Source: Thelocarpon superellum (Eukaryota). From it: a stretch of 20,000 nt of DNA. A program made the translations under genes and the position numbers. Below, piece after piece: positions 10,052 to 20,000 of the stretch (within the stretch, counting starts at the first letter, position 1; each line of letters begins with the position of its first letter). Location: contig JAPEUG010000047.1 in the NCBI GenBank assembly GCA_026025795.1, positions 47,666 to 67,665 on the forward strand, in the 5' to 3' direction. The notes under the pieces are model-generated. The model was not told the origin of the DNA, did not search any database, and saw only the letters and a list, made by a program, of their open reading frames with translations.

Positions 10052-11515
10052 CTAAATGTAACTGACCTTGACGCCCATGCCAATGGTTCCCTTGAGCCGG
10101 TTCCATCCCGTGCCAGTGATTCTCCGGATCCGCTCGCGGATCTCTTGCCGGCTACATGCGACCAAAACGCTGATGACGAAGAGGATCGTGCGGAGGATCG
10201 TCATGGGGTTGGCGCTCAGCGAGCGAGCCATGGAAAGGGCGGATTGCTGAAATGCCGCCAAGATGGCTGTTATCTGGTGATATGGATTCGGAGATTTCTT
10301 GGCCGCGCCAGAAGATGTGGGCGAAGAGCCAGGCCCGGTCTGGGGCAGTCGCGACGCTTTAGACCGCCGTGGGTTGGTTGTGGCCTTGGAGCTTGTGGGC
10401 GCGCTGGGATGAGCCTCGATGCCGTAGTCCGTCTCGCTGCCTGCCCTTTGGTGCAGGCTCGTCGACTCTCTCGCAGAGGACACGTTGGCTTTGGCGGCAT
10501 GGATTTTGGCTGCTTGTGCCAGGGCCTCCTGCTTTTCCCGTAGCAGCTGCTCCTCCTGCTGCCGCCGTGTCTCTGCCTCGGCCCGTGCCGAGCCGTTCCT
10601 CTCCTCTCGGAGCGATTCCAGTGTATGCAGGAAGGCTTCTCTGTTTTCCTCATCCAGCACCTCGCTGATGCCAATGAATTCTTTTGCGTAGTCCCACTCC
10701 TCGTTGCGCGGTAATACGTGCAGCGTGTAGAGCTCCAGGATCTTGATCCGAGCCGTCAGGTCGCGTGGAGTGTTTGTGCCACCATTCGGCGGACTAGATC
10801 GGCGTTGGTCCTCCTGACTATGGTGTGACCCTCCATTCGCCTCAACGTGTCCAGAGACGTCGAGAGTGGGCGTCGCAAGAGCGGACAGGTGGTTCTCTAA
10901 TCGTTCTTGGTTCAAAGTCTGCGATGGGGCGTGGGAGAGAAGAAGCGTTGCTCTAAAAGTAAAGACGCGACGTCAGCAAGGCGATGAAGATAGTGGTCGC
11001 AGCTGGGGCTGGAGCACTCACAGATTGATGACAACCTCCGCGTCAACCATTCCTTCGGCGCCCTGGTACCCATCGCGCACCACCTCTTTCCATACGCCGC
11101 CGTCGCGCACCTTCGCTGCCATCTCTCGCCACTCTCGCGAACCAAAGGCTGCTTTCCCATCTTCCGGTCCAAGATTGACGATGGCATCTAGCAGCGTGAG
11201 GTACAAGCTCCAGACCTTGATCCTGTAGGATCGTGGTGCGGACGCGACCGGAGCTAGGTTGTTGGCATCATAAACATGGTCATCGCCTTCTTTGGAGGCA
11301 TCGGAAGTAAGGATCGGAATCAGAGTCAAATACGCTTCCTGCAAACGCCGGGTGAGGAACAGGGTCGAGGCCTGCTTATACGTCTTGGAAATCAAGGATG
11401 AGCCTTGTCGCGTTGACGATGAGATGGAGGAGATGGAGGACGAAAGCAGCCGGGAGGAGGTTGGTGATTCGAGATGAGTCTCATTGACCGCTGGATGAGC
11501 CGCGCCATTGGCCAT
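10052..11515 (-). CDS. PEX26: Peroxin 26 (tail-anchored recruiter of Pex1/Pex6), about 464 aa, 2 exons
   Basis: ISKTYKQASTLFLTRRL, RIKVWSLYLTLL, GYQGAEGMVDAEVVINL|ATLLL, KILELYTLHVLPRNEEWDYAKEFI; C-terminal TM segment followed by basic tail ending GMGVKVSYI. Exons 11515-11022 and 10952-10052. Confidence 0.88.
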
Positions 11516-12210
11516 ATTAAGGAACACTTAGAGAAGAGACAAGAGGTGGCTGATGGGCGGGAAGATGGGGTGGAAAGATGGAGCGATCATGTCGGTCGGG
11601 TTCATGGGTGGTCTCTTCGTTGGTCAAAAGCCTCGGGACACGGAAGCGCTAAAAGCTCCCGACATGCGTATCTGCAGGGATCACTTCCCCACCACGGGCA
11701 CGACTACCGACATCCCGCCACGCTGTGCACTACCGCCACCAGCGCGTTCGCAGCCTTCGGAGCTGCCGTGCACTCGTGCACCACCGTGGTTCCATGCGAG
11801 CTCCAAGCATGCGACGGGGTGCCTAGCAGCATCGAAAAGTGTGCAAAGCAGCCATGCGTGAAAAAGCAAAGCAGGTAAATCTTGAATACGCACATACAGT
11901 GCATCTGCAAGTGCCTGAACACTTCGCGAGTCGTAAAGAGGTCGATCCACGGGGACCGCGCTCATTGCCATTCCCACTGAGAAAGGGTAGCTCGACAAGC
12001 TTCTAAGGTAACGGCACAGAACTTCACCACTGACTCTCCAAGCGAGATGTTCTGGCGGATAGACCAAGCGAGGAAAGGGGAATGTTAGACCAGTCTTCCC
12101 ACTGGATTGGTTTGTTGTGACCTGGACGTGAGCTGTCGATCATCGTCGTAATTGCTCAGCTCAGCCTTCGCTCGAGCTTCCCTCTCCTGTCCACGACAGC
12201 CAATGCCACG

Positions 12211-14210
12211 ATGGACGTCGACCGCTCATCATTTCACCTGTTGCTTCCCTCGCTCTTGGACGTCATACATCGAGCCCATTTTGTTGCCATTGACTTTGAG
12301 TTTTCTGGCATCCACCAACAGCCTCAGAGAGCCCACCGAGCCCGCTCCGGCGGCCGGAGACGACAGACGCTTCAGCAACGCTACAGTGAGACCAAAGCGG
12401 CGGCCGAAAAGTACCAGATCCTGCAGGTTGGCTTGACCTGCGTCGAACAGGACACCGCGAATGGTGACCGCCGCATGATACGACTCGTCCCCGACTCTTT
12501 GCTCATGTTGGCCAGATCGTTACATCACTAGGCCCTACAACTTCGACCTGAGCCCCCTCATCTCTGAGAAGCTTGACCTCGATCGGGACTTTTCTTTTCA
12601 AAGTGGAGGTAGGCGAGGCCGTGGCACCTGCGTCACTCTATCATAGAGACTGATACGTACCAGCCGTGGAGTTCTTGCTGGCTCATGGCTTTCATCTCGA
12701 GGCTCCGTTCCTGACCGGGGTGCCGTACCTGTCCCGATCGGAAGAATGCCAGGTGCGGCAACAAACCAGCGGACCACGAGGCCAAAGTGGAATCGCAGAC
12801 ATTGTCCTAAAGGACCACGACCTTGACTCGCGCGAGTTCATGCGCCGGGTGCGAGGGGAAATCACGGCGTGGCTTGACATCACTACAGTAGGGGTTCGAC
12901 ATGACGACTCCATTCGATGATGTTGCTGATCAAATTAGCCCTCTCAATCAGAGGAAGCCTATCTCAACATCGCGCCGCTTGGGATTGGCGGAGAGCATGA
13001 AAACCATCTCAACCTGAATAATTTCCAAAAGCGATTGGTCCATCAGCTCGTCCGCGCCGAGTTTCCCGATCTCGTCACGGTCAGTCGGCCGGGCTTCATC
13101 CAGGTGTTGATGTATGACAAGAAACGGGAAGACGCAGTCGCTCTCAGCCGAAAGCGGCGCGTCGATGAGCAACTTTCGCGACAGATTGGCTTTCGCTGGG
13201 TGCTCGAGGCCATGTCCGGAGGTGATCTGTCGGGCATCGACGCTGCCGGCTTTGCTAGAGACCCCCACGGCGAACCCATTTTCGTGGATCTAGACGCCAT
13301 CAAGAGCCACTTCGATGGATTGCGCGGACAACTTCGGCGTCACCGATCCGTGCTCGTAGGGCACAACCTCTTTACGGATGTCGTATACCTGTACCAGGCC
13401 TTCTTTGGCGCCTTGCCCGACACCGTGGAGGACTTCCGGTATTGTTTGCATGACCTCTTCCCACTGTATGTAGACACAAGAATGACGAACCCTTCCCGCA
13501 CCCAGGCTCACCCACCAGCTAGCATCATCGACACCAAGTATCTCGCCACGCACCAGACGATCGCCGCCAATCCCAAATCTTCCCTGCAGGAGATTGACGA
13601 GCAGCTGCGGTCTCAAGCCATCCCAACGATAGGTTGCTCATACTGCTCGCGACAGAGAGGTCCGCCTCGTGCTGACGGTGGTGCAGAGACTGCTCCCGAT
13701 CACTCCAAGTACAATCTCCGTGAGGTGGCGCATGAGGCGGGATACGACAGCCTCTTGACGGCACAGGTGCTGATCAAGCTCTCGACAAAACTCCACGCGG
13801 CCAATCGGCCCGCCACTGAAATGGAGGCTGCAGCACTGGAATCGGACAAGGATGACTCGGAACGTGCATCTCAGGACGGAGGAGTCCGACTGGAGCCGCC
13901 GAAAGCTAAACCTCCTCGAAAGAAGGGCATCCTCGCTCAACACAGTGGAAATGAACCAGTCACTAGCGGCTCTAGGTTCGCGGCCCTGTTGGATCTGTCC
14001 TCGGAGTCAGAGTGGGACCCATCCTCAACAGCCCAGGGACCAGTCAAGTCCCACCAGCCCAGGGGAACGCCGCGTAGGAGTGCACACGGTGCGCGATTAG
14101 ATCCAAGTCACACGATGCCGCCATTCCAGGGCGAGTTTTGGAAGGTTTATGGCAACAAGCTCCGTGTCTTCGGGACGGAAGAAGAAGTCTTTGATTTGGA
14201 CTCGTCATGA
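12211..14210 (+). CDS. PARN: CAF1-family (DEDDh) ribonuclease, PARN-like poly(A)-specific ribonuclease, about 576 aa, 6 exons
   Basis: FVAIDFEFSG, KYQILQVGL, RPYNF, R3H-like FQKRLVHQLV, LVGHNLFTD, IIDTKYLA, AHEAGYDS. Exons 12211-12463, 12516-12608, 12664-12887, 12939-13465, 13523-13632, 13687-14210. Confidence 0.88.
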
Positions 14211-14546
14211 CTTCTGACCATGACGCCAAGAGAGACTGGGAGCGTCGAAGGCGCGTGAAAGTACGAAGTAAGGACGAAGTACAATAGCGAGATCCACCCT
14301 AAACAATACAACAACGTACGCACGTAGTCCCTCCCCACCGTAAATGTATGCAAATTACGAAATGATGTTAGTGGTTTGCACGAGTACTCCATGCCTGCCT
14401 AGAGACCACGTAAAGAGTATGAAGTAGAGGGGAGCGACTGGTGGGGAGCAAGCAGGTGGGTTGACCAGCTTCGGCATCGTCAACATCGTCATCAACATTG
14501 CCATCAACTCTCGCTCGGCGATATCCCGTCCAGGCCCCATCATGCA

Positions 14547-16257
14547 ATGCGACGTGTTGTGGTCACCGGGCTCGGAGCCGTGACGCCATTGGCAGTCGGT
14601 ACGACGCAAGGTTTCGTCCCGTACGAGCAGCATGGCTGATGATGGGATCTAGGTGCTCGCCGCTCATGGGCGCGCTTGATCGACGGGGCGTGTGGTGTCG
14701 TGTCCGTGAGGCATCGGAACCCGCACTTCGCCGCCGTTCCCAGTCAGGTTGCGGCCGTCGTACCTGCTGGCTCCAAGGCTGATGGAGGATGGAGGACACA
14801 AGATTGGCTAACCTCCGGGGTGAGCATCAATGGCTGGGGCGCGAACCATCGTGGAGATGACCGGAACTGAACCTTCTCCGCAGGACGAGCGAAGAATGGC
14901 AACATTCACGCAGTATGCCATGGCCGCGTCACAACAGGCGCTGGAAGATGCAGGCTGGACGCCCAAATCCTTGCACGATCAAGAGGTCACGGTGAGAAGC
15001 TTTTGCTCTGGCCGTGGTGTCCATCAATCGCTGATGCGATGCAGGGAGTGTGTCTTGGCTCGGGCATTGGCAGCCTCGACGACGCCTATGATACATCAGT
15101 AGCCTTTGCAGCCGGAGTCAGTGGCATGGGAATAGAAAAGTTCTGGTCTAGTCTGATTGGCCATTTTTAGGGATACAAAAAGGTGTCGCCATTGTTCGTC
15201 CCCCGGCTGCTGATCAACCTTGCCGCTGGGCACATCTCGATGAGATATGGGCTCAAGGTGAGACCGTCCCTGATTCCTCGAGCCTTCGTGACCCACTGAC
15301 ATGGAGGAAGGGCCCTAACCACGCCGTGACCACCGCTTGCACTACTGGTGCTCATGCCATTGGAGATGCTGCGCGGTTCATTGCATGTGGAGACGCGGAC
15401 GTCATGGTCGCTGGCGGCGCGGAAGCGTGCGTCCATCCTCTGGCCATGGCGGGCTTTGCGAGGCTCAAGAGCCTTGCAACCGCCTTCAACGATGCACCCC
15501 ATCAGGCTTCTCGGCCGTTCGACCGACGTCGACAGGGCTTCGTCATCGGCGAAGGGGCAGGCACGCTCGTCCTGGAGGTGAGCTCCTGCGTCCTCCGTTC
15601 CATCTACGATGAGGTTTGACGCAGATGCGCGATAAGGAGCTGGAACATGCCAAGGCTCGAGGGGCCCGCATCTACTGTGAGATGAAAGGCTATGGCACCT
15701 CGGCCGACGCTTTCCATATGACCGCGCCCGACGAGGACGGCAACGGCGCCTTCTTGTCCATGAAGCGGGCGCTAAAGCAAGCCGCCCTTCCACCGTCCGC
15801 CGTGGACTACGTGAATGCGCATGCGACCTCGACCAAATTGGGCGACGCGGCCGAGAATCGTGCCATCCAGCGTCTCCTCCTTGGAGAGGAAGGGAAACGG
15901 GCTGGCTCGGAGATCAACATCAGTAGCACCAAAGGCGCCACGGGGCATCTTCTTGGAGCTGCGGGTGCCGTTGAAGCCATCTTCACCGTTTTGGCTCTGC
16001 ACGAGGTAAGCTCACATCATGCACATCCGCGCAGCTCGAGCGCTTAGAAATGTGTCTGATGATTGCTCGTGCTATCCGAGCAGCACACCCTCCCTCCGAC
16101 CTTGAATCTCGATCACTTTGATGAGCCAACGGAGCATTTCACTTGCAACTATGTACGCTATCGTCCACAACATCACCCCGTCGACGTTGCTCTCTCGAAC
16201 AGTTTCGGATTTGGCGGTACAAACGCCAGCCTTTGCTTCACCAGACTCAGACAGTGA
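14547..16257 (+). CDS. CEM1: Mitochondrial 3-oxoacyl-ACP synthase (KAS II/FabF-like), about 431 aa, 8 exons
   Basis: [15 protein letters not shown]; Cys-His-His triad in TTACTTG, NAHATST and [18 protein letters not shown]...[22 protein letters not shown]. Exons 14547-14598, 14653-14819, 14884-14991, 15045-15116, 15171-15257, 15311-15577, 15637-16005, 16084-16257. Confidence 0.95.
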
Positions 16258-17349
16258 TCTCTGCCAGAGGAGGGTTCATTCGGTGTCCCCACAAGGCGAC
16301 GAGGGTCTCCAGAATCATGCACTGCCGCTTTCGATCATCTGGTGTGGTGATGAAGAGGCGAAGCCTGGGAAGTCCCTGGAGCACTAGTGCCCTCTTGAAG
16401 TCTTCGGCGTCAGGTCCTATTGACGTCAGCATCTCTTTCCCACATGCGCCTCCACCGACGTACCGGGTTGGGTGAAATCAGGGAAGTCGTGGAAGCGGCT
16501 CCATGGACCAGGACGGCCTTCCGTCCACTCGCACAGGACCCTTGCCAATACGGGCTCGATCCGGGTGACGAGAAACATGCTGATCGTCTCCATATGTGCC
16601 GCACTGTCGCGGCCGAGCTGATAGGAGAAGTACCGGTTGGTGATCCCGACGGCGCCTGCTCGGATGGGAATCCATTCCCTTGCGGCGAAGATGCAGCAGA
16701 GTTGAAATTGGTACAACCGCTGAGCCACGGTGATCTGGAGGTGGCTCGACACCGCACGGGCTGAGGTGCGCACAAACGAGTGGACAAAGAAGTCGACGCA
16801 AGAAGCCATTCGCAGGAGGGTGACGAGGTAAGCCGGAGCAACGGTCCTCCATCGTCCCGACCGACAGATGAAGGGCCCCCACACGTTGGCATTGTCCGCA
16901 TCGCTGCGCCTATCCCGGACAAAGAAGCGAGGTAAGGGCAGCGGCCGTCGTGGATCCTGTACCATCGAGGCCCTCAAGGCGCCGAGGGCATATGGAAGCT
17001 CTTCGGGCCCGATGGCCCTGTAGAGGACTAATTTCAGGCATTCCGGTCGCGTCTCGGCGTAGACTCGGTGGAAGGCAGGCGAGGCGCGGACGATGGCCCG
17101 AAGGCTGGCGACACTTTCCAGCATGGACATGATGATGGTCATGGGGCGTGGGCCCAACGTCTCCAACGTGGCCCGCTTCCTGACACTCCTCGGCGTTCCT
17201 CGGCCTCTCGATGGAGAGCGTGAGCGGCGGCAAATCCTCTTGTACTTGTGGTAGTGATCCGGGCGCAGTCCCATCATGTCTTCGCGCTCGACGGGCGACT
17301 CGAACGCATGGCGGTCGTCGATCGACGTGGCAGGGAGTGGGAGCTCCAT
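16247..17349 (-). CDS. Hypothetical protein with a degenerate F-box-like segment, about 351 aa, 2 exons
   Basis: The 307-aa ORF contains TLETLG...[22 protein letters not shown] and [11 protein letters not shown] canonical 47-nt intron (16463-16417, GTACGT...GCTGAC...TAG) joins it in frame to the 16247-16432 ORF ([14 protein letters not shown]). Confidence 0.65.
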
Positions 17350-18702
17350 GTCGCAGCGGCGGCGGAGAAGAGCGGGTGGGCTTGAGAGAGGAGAAACGTC
17401 GGTTGTGTGTTTTCGTCCACCTCAATCGCCCATCTCTCCTGCCGACGGCGATTCAGGAGGTCTCGCGGTTTGAGCCCTACTTTTTCACGGGAACGGAAAG
17501 TGTTGAGGGTCACGCCTTTTTTTACGTCCTTCCACATACCCCCACCGCCCACTGCATCCGGCCTTCCACAATCTATGCCATGCATCTAGACGGTTCCTTC
17601 TCCACATTATAGGTCACTTTGACTATTGACGTGATTGCATCGCAATCGTGCTGGTTTATGATTTGGAAGGCCGAGTCTGATACTTGCCGCCTGTCCGGCA
17701 CATGGCTGATACTACATCACAAGTGCGAGACGGAATAGACCATTGACAACCGCCACGTTCTTGCGCACATGCTGTCTACCGACTTCCTAGCAGTCTGAAG
17801 AACTCGAAATGCTCAACGGAGGCGGAGAGCTCATTGAGGATCATCACGGGGTCTCCCATTAGATGTGCTCGGTAATTAGGGGCGCCCCTAACAGCCATGC
17901 TCGTCTTCTCCAAGATTGGTACATCAACCGGAGACAGGCTCCAGGGTGGACAAAGGCTCGGAAGTGGGGCCTGAAGCGTCGAAAATCTGGAGGATGTGAC
18001 AATTATACTTAGCTTGGGTACCGTCGGCGCTTAGAGGAGTGGGCCGTTGCCGATGCTGATTGAGCTCCGGGCTCCCTCGTTTCTTGAGCACAGCGAATGG
18101 GGGCCCCGTGTTTGCTGAGTGGGTAGTGTGGAGTGCTCTCTATATCAGCATAGACATTCATCGTAACCCGATACCAGTAGTATGGGGTGCATCCAAACCG
18201 CATCAGCGCCCTATTCGTCGATGGTAAAGCTCGGAGTGCGTAGAAATGTCCGCCGCTTGTGACGTCCTCCAACCCACTGATGTCACCAAGGTAGTGACGA
18301 GTACCTTCTTCAGCATCGCCTCCTCGCATGCTGAAACAGGAAGGGGTGCATCGCCGTAGGGATGTTACAATGGACGCATTTGGCCCGTCACATCAACCAC
18401 CTAGGCGCGCGCCTCCTCTGTCGCTACATTGGCCCTTCGGATGTAGAGAGCCTGTCACTTTACCCGCGTTACACCTTACTTATGTGTTATCCAGTAGTCA
18501 GACGCCCGTTCATCGTTGCCTCGAGGGATGTAGCGTTTCAGAGCCTTGTCCAAGGTCGTCCAAGAGAGGCCTCTCTAGCCGCCATATTCGGCGGCTGACG
18601 ATATATCTATCGCCCATCCCGCCACGAATACCCCTCCCAGTCGCTGAGGCCGAACCCAAGGAACGCTCTGCTTCATCTTTCCTATCCTCGTCGTACACAA
18701 TC

Positions 18703-18927
18703 ATGTGTTTTTGGACCTACGACGAGTACGATGTGTACGAATACGATGAAGATGAGCTCCTCGGCCCTCGACGACCTCGTCGGACGCGACGTCGGACCTC
18801 TTGGCGCGATGGCTACATGATCTTGCCCGTTCGCGCCCGCAAGACCTACTATCGTCTCGAGACGTCGGTCAAACGCCGTGCGAGCGATTTGTCCATCATC
18901 CGAGAGCAGATCTTGCGCCGACGTTAG
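18703..18927 (+). CDS. Candidate 74-aa orphan protein (acidic/aromatic N-terminus, Arg-rich remainder)
   Basis: ATG in strong fungal context (CACAATC-ATG) after a CT-rich leader; many C/G-ending codons; no recognised family. Confidence 0.4.
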   Translation: MCFWTYDEYDVYEYDEDELLGPRRPRRTRRRTSWRDGYMILPVRARKTYYRLETSVKRRASDLSIIREQILRRR

Positions 18928-19530
18928 GTAGCATGGTCCTGGTCCTTGCCGTGCATGCCATGTGAGGAGCTGACCCCGGGTCCTAGAGCCTCATCGCCTT
19001 CCGTATTGGTCGTATGATTGGTACCACGGTCATCTTCAGGGAAGAGATAGGGTGAAGGAGGAGCGAGGGGGATGCTGAAGAACAAAGGAGCGAATGATGC
19101 ATGCATTGGGTTTCATCCAGTCAAGAAGACGAATTGGAAAGGAGGTTTGGTCTCGTGTTCTCCTGTATGCCGACTTGAACGCACCCGGTCGGGATGAAGG
19201 CGAGAGTAGTGTGCTCCTCGTCCTCCCCGGGGAGTACTCCTTACGAGTACGAAGTCCCCGCACTTGATTTCGTTCCTCCGTAGCGTGGGGTGACAGCAAC
19301 GCCCGGCCGTTCCCGTTCATAGGTCTCGTCTCACGTGTAGATAACGATGGGCACCCGGTGGAATACAAATGTCACACAGACCATCCGTGCCGCCATTGAT
19401 CTGCCCATATGACTGATTTAACCGAAGACTGAGCTCTGTGGCAGTGGTGGCCCACCAAACACTGGGAGCTGAGAGGCTTGTCAGATACTCGCATGTCCCG
19501 GAGCATACGGCGAGAGGACAGCTGCCCCAC

Positions 19531-20000
19531 ATGGCTGCAAGTGCGCACGCAGCAATGGTCGTCTCTGACCAAGGGACCGGGGGCGCCCCTCAACCCACCA
19601 GCTCCCTACCCAAGCATCTTCTGAAAAGTGCTTCTAATTTTCATTTGGGAAATGCATATCTTCGGAAGCTTCCATTGCCCGTGCTGGGCATCATCTCTCT
19701 CATCATCGTCGGCAATGTTTTGGTTTGGATCGGGGTTGCCATTGTACTTGTGAGCTTCACGATATCCTCCGGTCCGGGTCGCGGACTGACGTGGAACCCT
19801 AGCACTTCTACGGGTAGGAACAATGGAGCAATTGAGTTCCGTGGGACTATCGTGCCCTGCTAACCATCCTCCAACAGAGGTCTTGTCGCGACCGCGGCCT
19901 TGGCCTATAGTTTGGGATTGCGTCATGCGCTGGACGCGGACCACATTGCCGTCAGTCGTGCTCTGAGGATGGAACTGCTCCTGGGCTGAGCTTGCTAGGC
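19531..20000 (+). CDS. NIC1: High-affinity nickel/cobalt transporter (NiCoT family), truncated by the window edge
   Basis: Exons 19531-19749, 19803-19813, 19878-19950, 19999-> give TM1 (IISLIIVGNVLVWIGVAIVL), then HFYGGLVATAALAYSLGLRHALDADHIA with the NiCoT signature RHAxDADHI. The start could instead be ATG 19555. Confidence 0.92.

Noticed and set aside
14208..14258. Stop-codon readthrough (TGA CTT) giving a cryptic peroxisomal PARN isoform
   Set aside because: The context is not TGA CTA and the extension ends -EGA, which is not a PTS1
3839..16257. Possible lipid/secondary-metabolite cluster (reductase, epoxide hydrolase, ketosynthase, PEX26)
   Set aside because: The KS is a stand-alone CEM1-type enzyme, no PKS/NRPS, ACP or cluster regulator is present, and the genes are interleaved with unrelated housekeeping genes
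17988..18271. 13/15 inverted repeat (TGGAGGATGTGACAA vs TGGAGGACGTCACAA) as MITE ends
   Set aside because: Short and imperfect, with no target-site duplication and no second copy visible
19300..19530. TPP or metal riboswitch upstream of the NiCoT gene (CTGAGA seen)
   Set aside because: The remaining TPP aptamer core is absent and there is no convincing structure
1..20000. Numerous long antisense or alternative-frame ORFs (e.g. 361-948, 8049-8570, 10025-10543, 15167-15793)
   Set aside because: Shadows of real GC-rich CDSs with no independent protein signatures

Overview
Gene-dense, intron-rich eukaryotic DNA from a filamentous ascomycete (Pezizomycotina-type): short GT-AG introns, mostly about 50-90 nt, with CTRAY-like branch points. 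I reconstructed spliced models by hand for 11 genes: PHD+RING finger protein (partial, -), RPL43/eL43 (-), saccharopine-dehydrogenase-like oxidoreductase (+), soluble epoxide hydrolase (-), pinin/SDK/MemA protein (-), RDS3/PHF5A (+), PEX26 (-), PARN/CAF1-family deadenylase (+), CEM1 mitochondrial beta-ketoacyl-ACP synthase (+), an F-box-like hypothetical protein (-) and a NiCoT nickel transporter (partial, +). There is also a candidate 74-aa orphan ORF. This is mostly ordinary housekeeping sequence, and I cannot support a new multi-gene system. Points worth a second look: a convergent 11-bp CDS overlap, two consecutive AAG splice acceptors in CEM1, two stop-free 3n introns in the deadenylase, a head-to-head pair of splicing-factor genes, an intergenic two-state hairpin, an intronic G-quadruplex tract, an 11-nt microexon and the orphan ORF. 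Exon coordinates are manual and family calls come from recalled motifs, not database searches.
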